Below, piece by piece: positions 8,725 through 16,699 of a stretch of 35,310 bases of DNA. How positions within the stretch are numbered: the first letter of the stretch is position 1; each line of letters starts with the position of its first letter. Position numbers and translations under genes: made by a program. The stretch spans positions 1 through 35,310 of the forward strand of contig JBIOXB010000079.1 in the NCBI GenBank assembly GCA_044869275.1, read 5' to 3'. The notes beneath the pieces are model-generated. The model saw only the letters and a program-made list of their open reading frames with translations, was not told the DNA's origin and made no database searches. This DNA is from a bacterium. GTDB taxonomy: Bacteria; Zhuqueibacterota; Zhuqueibacteria; Zhuqueibacterales; Zhuqueibacteraceae.

Positions 8725-9348
8725 ATGCCCCGCACGGCTATCGGCTTCCGTGTAAAGTCTGGTTGGGCAACTGCCATCCTGCTTGCCGGTCCGGCACATG
8801 CTCCACGCGTGCTCGACCGCAGAGTGGTCGAGCTGGCCGATCCGGATCTGCCAGTGTCACGCCAACCTTTTCATGCCACGCTGAGATTGCATGAGGCGGC
8901 TGAGGAAAACGCGGCGGCGGGATTGGTGAAGATTGTACAACGCTACTCCAGGCGGGCGATGACCAGATTGATCAAGGATTACCGGAGCGGAGGCCACGAA
9001 TTATGCGGCGCCGGTCTCGTGGTGGGCAGCGACCTCGATCCGGCAAAGATCAAGCAAATCGGTAACTTGCACATTCGGATACATGCACAGGAAGGACGCT
9101 TGTTCAGAGAGGTGCTCGAAGCTGCTCTACGAGCACACGGATTGGGTTGCCTCGTGATCGTCGAGCGGCAGTTGTATAACGTGGCAACTGCGCGCTTGCG
9201 ACGGACCGAAACCGAGCTGAAGCTTTACATTGCCGAATTGGGTCGCGGCGTGGGTGGCCCATGGCGATCAGAAGAAAAGACGGCGGCGTTGGCGGCCTGG
9301 CTCGCGTTGCGAACAAAGCTTCCCGCAACCAAAGAGAAAGAGCTATGA
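8725..9348 (+). CDS. Hypothetical protein (possible RNase H/RuvC-like fold without canonical catalytic acids)
   Basis: 207-aa ORF (AIGFRVKSGWATAILLAG...HAQEGRLFREVL...GGPWRSEEKTAALAAWLAL); its stop overlaps the tag start (ATGA at 9345-9348). Confidence 0.75.
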   Translation: MPRTAIGFRVKSGWATAILLAGPAHAPRVLDRRVVELADPDLPVSRQPFHATLRLHEAAEENAAAGLVKIVQRYSRRAMTRLIKDYRSGGHELCGAGLVVGSDLDPAKIKQIGNLHIRIHAQEGRLFREVLEAALRAHGLGCLVIVERQLYNVATARLRRTETELKLYIAELGRGVGGPWRSEEKTAALAAWLALRTKLPATKEKEL

Positions 9349-9914
9349 CGACTTTGAACGATAAAGTTCGCTGCAGTTGGTGTCTGGGGCACGAATTATT
9401 GATTCCCTATCACGACGACGAATGGGGCGAGCCGGTGCACGAGGATCGCCGGCTTTTTGAAATGCTCATTCTCGAGGGCGCGCAAGCCGGTTTGAGCTGG
9501 CTGACAATTTTAAAAAAGCGCAAGAATTACCGCAGCGCTTTCGATAATTTTGAGGCCAGGAAGATCGCCAAGTATGATGGCCGCAAAGTGGCGCAACTGC
9601 TCAAAGACGAAGGCCTGGTGCGCAATCATTTGAAGATCGCGGCCGCGATTCAAAACGCGAAGGCATTTTTGGCCATACAGAAGGAATTTGGCAGCTTCGA
9701 CAAATACCTTTGGCAGTTTGTGGGCGGCAAACCGAAAATCAATCATTGGAAAGACTTGAAGGAGTTTCCGGTCAAGACCGCAGAGAGCGATGCGATGAGC
9801 AAAGATCTGCAGAAACGCGGCTTCAAATTCGTCGGCTCGACGATATGTTATGCTTTCATGCAAGCCGTAGGCATGGTAAATGATCATATGGTGGATTGTT
9901 GGAAAAGACGATGA
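9345..9914 (+). CDS. tag: DNA-3-methyladenine glycosylase I
   Basis: RCSWC...YHDDEWGEPVHEDRRLFEMLILEGAQAGLSWLTILKKR...GFKFVGSTICYAFMQAVGMVNDHMVDC. Confidence 0.97.
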   Translation: MTTLNDKVRCSWCLGHELLIPYHDDEWGEPVHEDRRLFEMLILEGAQAGLSWLTILKKRKNYRSAFDNFEARKIAKYDGRKVAQLLKDEGLVRNHLKIAAAIQNAKAFLAIQKEFGSFDKYLWQFVGGKPKINHWKDLKEFPVKTAESDAMSKDLQKRGFKFVGSTICYAFMQAVGMVNDHMVDCWKRR

Positions 9915-10333
9915 AATACTGGATCAACACGGTCTCGCGTGACCACACTCTGATTGGAAAAGAAGGCGGCTTTGTGCAGGCTGGCCATGGCAAGAAGCAG
10001 CCTTTGGAGAAGATGTCGGCGGGCGATATGGTGTTGTTTTACTCGCCGCGCACCGCGCTGGAAGAAGGCGAGCTGTTGCAGTGCTTTACCGCCATTGCCG
10101 AAGTTGCCGACGAGGCGATTTACACGGCGGCAATCCCCGAAAGCCTTCGCCCGCACCGCAGAAATGCCAGGTACTTTCCATGCGAAGAAATCGAAATCAA
10201 GCCATTGCTCCCGCAATTGGCGTTCATCAAGAACAAATCTTCGTGGGGCTTCCTTTTCCGGTTCGGACTGTTCGAGATTCCGCAGGCGGACTTTGAGTTT
10301 ATCGCGCAGCAGATGAAGGCCAAGCGCATTTAG
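9911..10333 (+). CDS. EVE-domain protein (PUA-like)
   Basis: MKYWINTVSRDH...GGFVQAGHGKKQPLEKMSAGDMVLFYSPR...FIKNKSSWGFLFRFGLFEIPQADF; ATGA overlap with tag. Confidence 0.9.
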   Translation: MKYWINTVSRDHTLIGKEGGFVQAGHGKKQPLEKMSAGDMVLFYSPRTALEEGELLQCFTAIAEVADEAIYTAAIPESLRPHRRNARYFPCEEIEIKPLLPQLAFIKNKSSWGFLFRFGLFEIPQADFEFIAQQMKAKRI

Positions 10334-10398
10334 AAGATTTGATTAAGCGATTTTTTCGTCTGGGAAGGGCCGCGTGGCAAAAAAGACCGAGGCAAGGA

Positions 10399-10602
10399 AT
10401 GAAACAAAAACTGAATAAAGATTGGCATGCGCAAAACCAGATGCCCGCGCACCCTACGGTGGCAGTGCGTCTCCACTGGCATTTGGAGCATGCCAAGCAT
10501 TGTGGCTGCCGGCCTATCCCTGCCAAGCTGATGGCACTGAAAGCAGGGTTGGATAAATTAGAGGTTGATAAGACGAGAAGAACCGGCGGGCTGAGTGAAT
10601 GA
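10399..10602 (+). CDS. Small His/Cys-containing hypothetical protein (67 aa)
   Basis: MKQKLNKDWHAQNQMPAHPTVAVRLHWHLEHAKHCGCRPIP; fills the gap between EVE and the epimerase on the same strand. Confidence 0.6.
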   Translation: MKQKLNKDWHAQNQMPAHPTVAVRLHWHLEHAKHCGCRPIPAKLMALKAGLDKLEVDKTRRTGGLSE

Positions 10603-10628
10603 TGCGAATGTATTTTCTTGAATGAACC

Positions 10629-11666
10629 ATGCACGTCCTGATCATTGGCGGAACAGGCTTTATTGGCGCATGTGTCGTACGGCGCTTAGTTGAGGACGGA
10701 CATCTAGTCGCGCTTTTTCATCGTGGACAAACGAAGGCCCATTTGCCGGCAACCGTTTCTCATCTGTATGGGGTGCGCGAAGATCTTCTTCGTTTTGTCA
10801 CGACATTCAAGCGATTTTCACCGCAAGTTGTGTTGGACATGTTTCCCTACATTGAACAGGATTCCCTGAATGTCGTGCAAGCCTTTCGCGGTGTCGCCGA
10901 GCGCGTGATCGCCATCAGCAGTGTGGATGTTTATCGTGCGTACGGTCTTTTTCTTCGTCTCGAGGACGGCGAGCCCGAGGCAAAGCCTTTCGCCGAAAAT
11001 GCGCCTCTTCGCAGGAGTCTATATCCTTATCGCAGGTTGGCTCAGGAACCCGGCGATCTTTTATACAACTATGAAAAGATTTTGATCGAGAAGATAGTGA
11101 TGGGAGAGCCTGATTTGCCTGGCACAATCCTGCGCCTGCCACAAGTCTATGGACCTGGAGATAAGCAGCATCGATTATTTGATTATCTCAAGCGCATGGA
11201 TGATGGCCGGCCCGTCATTTTGTTGGATGAAACAAAAGCAAATTCGCGCTGGACGCGCGGTTACGTTGAAAATGTCGCCGATGCCATTGCTCTTGGTGTC
11301 ACGAACGAACACGCCGCGGGGCGCATCTATAACATCGGCGAAGAACATGCCCTCACAGAAATGGCATGGGTGAAAAAGATTGGCGAGGCGGCGCGATGGA
11401 AAGGTGAAGTCAAAATAGTTTCCAAAGCTTTGTTGCCTGTACATCTGGCAGAACCCTATGATTGGAGACACCATTTAACAGCGGACACAAGTCGAATACG
11501 GCAGGAGCTTTCATACAAAGAAAAGATCGGGACCGGGGAAGCAATCAAACGAACTCTATTGTGGGAACTTGCGAACCCACCGCGAGAAATCGATCTCAAA
11601 CGGTTTAATTACGCTGCTGAAGATGAAGTGCTGCTACATCAAGATGACGCAGAAATTTTCCGGTAA
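10629..11666 (+). CDS. NAD-dependent epimerase/dehydratase (atypical SDR)
   Basis: VLIIGGTGFIG, ISSVDVY, YEKILIE, TILRLPQVYGPGD. Confidence 0.9.
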   Translation: MHVLIIGGTGFIGACVVRRLVEDGHLVALFHRGQTKAHLPATVSHLYGVREDLLRFVTTFKRFSPQVVLDMFPYIEQDSLNVVQAFRGVAERVIAISSVDVYRAYGLFLRLEDGEPEAKPFAENAPLRRSLYPYRRLAQEPGDLLYNYEKILIEKIVMGEPDLPGTILRLPQVYGPGDKQHRLFDYLKRMDDGRPVILLDETKANSRWTRGYVENVADAIALGVTNEHAAGRIYNIGEEHALTEMAWVKKIGEAARWKGEVKIVSKALLPVHLAEPYDWRHHLTADTSRIRQELSYKEKIGTGEAIKRTLLWELANPPREIDLKRFNYAAEDEVLLHQDDAEIFR

Positions 11667-12000
11667 TGATTACGCCGTTTGCAAGCTCGAAGGACTGTGG
11701 TGGGGACGTGAGCAGCAAGCAGATTTTATCGATGCGCCGCCGGACGCATGGAATTGGAAATTGCTCATTCGTACGCCGGATTTTATCACGGAAAGACATT
11801 TATGCGAGGCAATTTCTGCTCTGCAGAAGAAGGGCAAAAGCGCGCCAGTGGGCGAAGTGAAGCTCGAGAAAATCAATGAAGGCTTGTGCGTGCAAATGCT
11901 CCTCCTCGGGCCTTATCGCGAGGAGAGCGAAACCATTGCGCAGATGAAGGAATTTGCCGAACGAGAAGGTGTAGGCATTCATGGTTTGCATCATGAGTAA
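11638..12000 (+). pseudogene. Internal fragment of a GyrI-like effector-binding protein
   Basis: IKMTQKFSGNDYAVCKLEGLWW...WNWKLLIRTPDFIT...EGLCVQMLLLGPY...GLHHE-stop. It lacks the N-terminus and stops at HHE, where homologues continue HHEIYLSDP. Confidence 0.72.
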
Positions 12001-12062
12001 CTTCTTCGAAAGTTGCACATCCAATTGAAAAACGCATTAATATTCTTGACAAAGGAATACCC

Positions 12063-12842
12063 ATGCAAAGCCAATTCATATTGTCTCCTTTTTTCCTCGA
12101 AAAGCCGCTCCCCGCTGCCGAACGCTTGGCAGCTCCAGATTGGATCATCAATAAGCCGGCATGGACAGACGAGGATCAGTTTGCGCGCCTCACCGCCGTA
12201 CACCGGCGCTTGGCGGATATCGTTGCGGATACGGTGAAAGCCGGACGCCGCCCGGTGAGTGTTTCGGGCGATTGTTGCACCGTCATCGGTGTTCTGGCGG
12301 GCTTGCGGCGCAGCGGCGTCAATCCCATCCTCGTCTGGCTTGATGCCCACGGCGACTTCAATACCTGGGAAACGAGCCCCAGTGGTTTTGTCGGAGGTAT
12401 GCCGTTGGCGATGCTCGTGGGGCGAGGAGATCAAAGGTTGATGCAGGCGGTGGAACTCACACCGCTGGGCGAGCAGGAGGTTTTCCTGATTAATGCGCGC
12501 GATCTCGATCCGGAGGAGCGCACGGCAGTACAGCAGTCGGCAGTGCACCATGTCACAGACACCTCTTCTCTCCCGCAACGCCTCGCGCCGGGGCGACCCC
12601 TCCACATCCATTTAGACGTGGACGTGCTCGATCCGCAGGAAGCGCCGGCAATGGCGTACCCCGTGAAAGGCGGCCCCAGTTTGATCTCGCTCGGTGAGAT
12701 GGCTGAGCGTCTCGCCAATACTGGGCGAGTGATTGCGATCTCTTTGACCTTATGGGATTTGGCAGCGGATCAGGACAGGCGCACGGAACGCGCCAGTCTG
12801 TCCCTGCTCAATGCATTGCTTGGAAACAAAGAGTGGCGTTAA
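12063..12842 (+). CDS. Arginase/ureohydrolase-family protein
   Basis: SGDCC, WLDAHGDFNTWETSPSG, HIHLDVDVLDP, GG motifs. Confidence 0.9.
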   Translation: MQSQFILSPFFLEKPLPAAERLAAPDWIINKPAWTDEDQFARLTAVHRRLADIVADTVKAGRRPVSVSGDCCTVIGVLAGLRRSGVNPILVWLDAHGDFNTWETSPSGFVGGMPLAMLVGRGDQRLMQAVELTPLGEQEVFLINARDLDPEERTAVQQSAVHHVTDTSSLPQRLAPGRPLHIHLDVDVLDPQEAPAMAYPVKGGPSLISLGEMAERLANTGRVIAISLTLWDLAADQDRRTERASLSLLNALLGNKEWR

Positions 12843-12855
12843 TCCATAACAAGTG

Positions 12856-12986
12856 AAATCTGTGCTTTTTGAGCAAAGAAACCCAAAATCCAAAACTCAA
12901 AATTCAATACCACCTTTGGGCTTTGTATTTTGAGTTTTTCGTTTCCAGCTTGTCCGGGTTAGGGTCTCAACAGCCAAATCTGTGCT
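12856..12986. repeat. Hairpin flanked by 11-bp direct repeats
   Basis: AAATCTGTGCT at 12856-12866 and 12976-12986; 12-bp inverted repeat AAAACTCAAAAT (12892-12903)/ATTTTGAGTTTT (12927-12938) between them. Confidence 0.65.
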
Positions 12987-13131
12987 AACAAAACGCTAGT
13001 TACTCCAGCTTGAGGGATTGCGGCTTGCCCGCCTTTGTGAAAAAGAATTTGCGCCACAGGAAACTTTGTATATATTGTTGCAAACAGCAGGCCCGCACTT
13101 TTCATCTCATACGCCGAGCATGAGGCGCCAC

Positions 13132-14415
13132 ATGAAAATCAAAACCATCGTTTTGCCGGTGGTCGTTCTTCTTTTGATGAGCGCGGCGCACGATGCGCTT
13201 ATTGCCCGCGGCGAGAACTGGCCCCGCTGGCGCGGGCCGCGCAATGACGGCACCAGTCTGGAAACCAATTTGCCCGCGCGCTGGAGCAAAACCGAAAATC
13301 TCAAGTGGCGCGTCGCACTGCCCGGGCCTGCGCCCTCGACGCCGGCCATTTGGGATGATCGCATCTTTCTCACTTCGACCGAAGGCGCGGATTTGGTCTT
13401 CCTGTGTTTCGACACCGCGGGCAAGCTGAGGTGGAAGCAAAAACTCGACAGCGGAAACTACGACATTCGCGGTGACGAAAGCAACGCCGCTTCTCCCTCA
13501 CCCACGACCGATGGCCGGTACATTTGGGTCAAATTGGGCACGGGCGTTTTGGCGTGTTTCGATTTTACCGGCAAAGAAATTTGGAAATTCAACCTGCAGG
13601 AACGCTATCCGCCGTTCAGCATGTATCACGGCATGTCTTCTTCGCCCCTGCTCGACCGCGACCGGCTTTATTTGCAATTGCTGCATTCCAACGCGCAGCT
13701 CGTGCTGGCGCTGGATAAAGTGACGGGCCGCGAAATTTGGAAGCACGCACGCCAAAGCGACGCGCAACAAGAGTCGCAGCATTCATACGCCACACCGTTT
13801 GTCTATCGCTTCGACGGCCAGGAGTTTCTGCTCACGCACGGCGCGGACTATATCGTCGCGCACGATTTGAAAGACGGTCACGAGCTCTGGCGCTGCGGCG
13901 GCTTGAATGATCGCAACAATTACAATCCGTATTTTCGCTTCGTCGCTTCGCCGGTCGCGACCGCAGGATTGGTGGTTGTTCCTTCCGCAAAAAACGGTCC
14001 AGTGCTCGCACTCAATCCCCAAGACGCGCGAGGCGACTTGACCGCCCAGCAAGCACGATATCATTGGCGCATGGCGGACAATACGCCCGATGTTCCCTCG
14101 CCCTTGATTCATGACGGCCTGCTCTACTTGTGCCGCGAAAATGGCGTGCTCATTTGTTTGGATGCTAAAAGCGGAGAGCGCTACTATATGGAGCGCACGC
14201 ACAATCAACGCCATCGCGCTTCGCCGGTTTATGCCGACGGCAAAATTTATTTGATCGCGGCGGATGGCATGGTCACGGTCGTCAAGGCCGGCAAGAAATT
14301 CGAGAAGCTTGCGCAGAATGCCATGGAGGAGCGCATTTCTGCTTCACTCGCCGTTTCGAATGGGGTGATTTATCTGCGCAGCTATAAGGCGCTGTATGCC
14401 ATTGCTGCGCCATGA
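13132..14415 (+). CDS. Secreted PQQ-binding-like (BamB-type) beta-propeller protein
   Basis: Signal peptide MKIKTIVLPVVVLLL; ENWPRWRGP, WSKTENLKWRVALPG, STPAIWDDRIF, repeated DxxGKxxW blades, ASPVYADGKIY. Confidence 0.9.
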   Translation: MKIKTIVLPVVVLLLMSAAHDALIARGENWPRWRGPRNDGTSLETNLPARWSKTENLKWRVALPGPAPSTPAIWDDRIFLTSTEGADLVFLCFDTAGKLRWKQKLDSGNYDIRGDESNAASPSPTTDGRYIWVKLGTGVLACFDFTGKEIWKFNLQERYPPFSMYHGMSSSPLLDRDRLYLQLLHSNAQLVLALDKVTGREIWKHARQSDAQQESQHSYATPFVYRFDGQEFLLTHGADYIVAHDLKDGHELWRCGGLNDRNNYNPYFRFVASPVATAGLVVVPSAKNGPVLALNPQDARGDLTAQQARYHWRMADNTPDVPSPLIHDGLLYLCRENGVLICLDAKSGERYYMERTHNQRHRASPVYADGKIYLIAADGMVTVVKAGKKFEKLAQNAMEERISASLAVSNGVIYLRSYKALYAIAAP

Positions 14416-14504
14416 TCGCTGCGTGCGTAGTCGAATCCTAACCAGCCACCGCAGAGCTCTACTCATAAGTCGATGAAATTATAACAGCCTATCACAACTA
14501 AACC

Positions 14505-14533
14505 TTGACTTTCTGGCGTATTTTTCTTACTTT
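14505..14533 (+). promoter_or_regulatory. Putative sigma70-type promoter
   Basis: TTGACT (14505-14510)-N17-TACTTT (14528-14533), 33 nt upstream of ATG 14567. Confidence 0.5.
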
Positions 14534-14566
14534 TCCCTAAAAGTTTCTTTACCATAGGGTGGTGAA

Positions 14567-15736
14567 ATGTCGAAAAGGACCGCGAAATCCCCACGCATTG
14601 GTATAGTTTTTTTACTCGCAGTCGCAGGTTTGGCACAAGCGCAAGAATCAAAATTTGGCCTGAGCTTGCGAGGCGGAGCAGGCAGGATTGAAGGGGACGT
14701 TAGAAAATCAAGCCTGAGAGCTTTGGGAAGCGGCACTATTTTTTATGCGCCGGATCCGCATCTCTGGATCGGGATAGAAGGGGGCTATGGCGAGTTTATT
14801 ACCGATCACGATGCGCAAGTTGACTCGCTGGTGCGCCTGGTGCCGGCGGCGTTGACCCTGACGTTCAATTTCTCGCCTTACAAAACTGTCTCCCCGTTCG
14901 CCACTCTGGGAGCTGGCGCGATTTTTTGGCACAATTTCCGGGCCTCGGATAAAGAAACATTATCGGATTCGCAAGGCGACGACTCGGCGATGATGCTGAA
15001 AACTGCCGGCGGGTTGAATTGCGCGCTCTCCGATAATCTGCTGTTGACGGTGGGCGGTGATTTCAGCTATTTCTTGCATGATCGCGTCGATTTGACCGCC
15101 ACGGGGGATCAAGATGACGGCCTGCTTTCGGTATTCGCTGGCTTCACCATCAATTTCGGCGGTGGCAAACCCGACAGCGACGGCGACCGCGTGTTCGACC
15201 GCTACGATCTCGATTCCAACAACAAGGAAGACCGCGATGGCTACATGGATCACGACGGTTTGCCGGACACGCAAATCAGCCCGAACCTGCTGGCCATGGG
15301 CGGTACGCAAGACGGAAACGGCGACACCGCGGATGAAATTCCACCGATCGTGATTCATCATCCAGTGAGGCGCGCGACCGCGGGCAAAGATTTGCGCGTG
15401 CGTGCGGAGGTTTTTGAAAACCGAAAACTGCTCAAAACCGCGGTCTTGTATCGCCCGTACAATGTCCGGCGCTGGCTGGTTGAGCCGATGGTCTCCGGTG
15501 ACAGTGAGGTATTCGAAGCGGTGATCCCCGGCTCGGTCATCCCGGCTTCAGGATTGGAATATTGTGTGGTGGCCGTCGATGAAGCGATCAGCGGCATCGG
15601 TTATTCCGGCTTGCCGAATCGTCCGAATTTCGTGATGGTACACGGCAAAGAAACGTGGTGGCGCGTGGCGAGTGTGGTGGCGGCCTTGGGCGGATGGGGC
15701 ACGGCGTCTTATTTAGTCACGCGCGAGCAAAAATGA
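14567..15736 (+). CDS. Outer-membrane beta-barrel protein with Asp-rich TSP3-like repeat and C-terminal beta-rich domain
   Basis: Signal peptide; alternating beta-strands (VSPFATLGAG, SVFAGFTINF); DSDGDRVFDRYDLDSNNKEDRDGYMDHDGLPD; PPIVIHHPV...GLEYCVVAVD; hydrophobic C-terminal tail. Confidence 0.7.
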   Translation: MSKRTAKSPRIGIVFLLAVAGLAQAQESKFGLSLRGGAGRIEGDVRKSSLRALGSGTIFYAPDPHLWIGIEGGYGEFITDHDAQVDSLVRLVPAALTLTFNFSPYKTVSPFATLGAGAIFWHNFRASDKETLSDSQGDDSAMMLKTAGGLNCALSDNLLLTVGGDFSYFLHDRVDLTATGDQDDGLLSVFAGFTINFGGGKPDSDGDRVFDRYDLDSNNKEDRDGYMDHDGLPDTQISPNLLAMGGTQDGNGDTADEIPPIVIHHPVRRATAGKDLRVRAEVFENRKLLKTAVLYRPYNVRRWLVEPMVSGDSEVFEAVIPGSVIPASGLEYCVVAVDEAISGIGYSGLPNRPNFVMVHGKETWWRVASVVAALGGWGTASYLVTREQK

Positions 15737-15814
15737 AGTTTATCTCTGAGGAACAGTAAAGCCATGATCAACGCTGGCGCAGATGGACAGCGCGCAGGAT
15801 TGGGAGATGACAAC

Positions 15815-16633
15815 ATGCGTAATCAGTTTGGAGTGAAAAGCCGCCGGCGTGGTGCTGGAGCGTGGTTGCTCGCCGTGGTTTTTGCCGGCTTCGCCATCGC
15901 GGCCTGCGGCGGCAGCCGCAATGCAACGGTCGGCGACCAGCCCACGGGCGAGGAAGTCGATATTGATAAATTGCTCGGTACGCAAGATACTTCAGCCACC
16001 GCACAGTCTTCAAGTGATGAAAACGAAGTGCTGCGCTTGCTGGGTCTGGCGCCGGATACCAGCAAAACCGACATGTCGAAGGCTTTGGCAGCCACGGAAG
16101 CCGCCGCGACACCGGAGCCTGAAATGGAAAAACTGCAGCGCGAGCTTTCGGAGAAGGATCAAACCATCGCCGCCTTGCAGAGCGACGTGACCGAGAAGGA
16201 CAGAAAGATTCAGCAATTGCAGATGGATCTGGATCGAGCGCAAAACTCCGGCAAATCTTTGGGCAACGACTATGCCTCGCGCTATGCGCACGGCCGCGAT
16301 TTGTACGAGCAGCGCAATTACCGCGAAGCCATCAAGGTTTTTGCGAATCTGCTGGTGGAGAACGATAAGAACAGCCTGGCAGACAACGCGCAATATTGGA
16401 TCGGCGAATCTTATTACGGCCTGGGAAATTACGTCCAAGCCATTGCCGAGTTCGAAAAAATCTTCACTTTTCCGCGTTCAGACAAAAGCGATGATGCTCA
16501 GCTCAAAATCGGGCTTTGCTATTTGCGCATGGGCGATACCCAGCAGGCCAAAAACGGCTTGGAGCAACTGCTGGCGGCTTATCCCAACAGCGAATATGCG
16601 GGCAAAGCGCGGCAATATCTCCGCAGGCTGTAG
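15815..16633 (+). CDS. ybgF: Tol-Pal-associated YbgF/CpoB-like TPR lipoprotein
   Basis: Lipobox IAAC, coiled coil, then TPRs: LADNAQYWIGESYY...KSDDAQLKIGLCY...LLAAYPNSEYA. GGAG RBS before ATG 15815. Confidence 0.82.
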   Translation: MRNQFGVKSRRRGAGAWLLAVVFAGFAIAACGGSRNATVGDQPTGEEVDIDKLLGTQDTSATAQSSSDENEVLRLLGLAPDTSKTDMSKALAATEAAATPEPEMEKLQRELSEKDQTIAALQSDVTEKDRKIQQLQMDLDRAQNSGKSLGNDYASRYAHGRDLYEQRNYREAIKVFANLLVENDKNSLADNAQYWIGESYYGLGNYVQAIAEFEKIFTFPRSDKSDDAQLKIGLCYLRMGDTQQAKNGLEQLLAAYPNSEYAGKARQYLRRL

Positions 16634-16699
16634 GCTCGCAGCGATACATCAAATGCAAATGAATATGAAGGGGTGGCGCGCAGCCACCTTTTTCTTTCC

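Noticed and set aside
12046..12051. Perfect TTGACA before the arginase-family gene
   Set aside because: Only 11 nt before the ATG, leaving no room for a -10 box and leader, and there is no partner TGTCA half-site.
3200..13000. Accessory patch as a prophage, integron or IS-bounded island
   Set aside because: No integrase, transposase, phage gene, tRNA target or regularly spaced attC-like site is recognisable.
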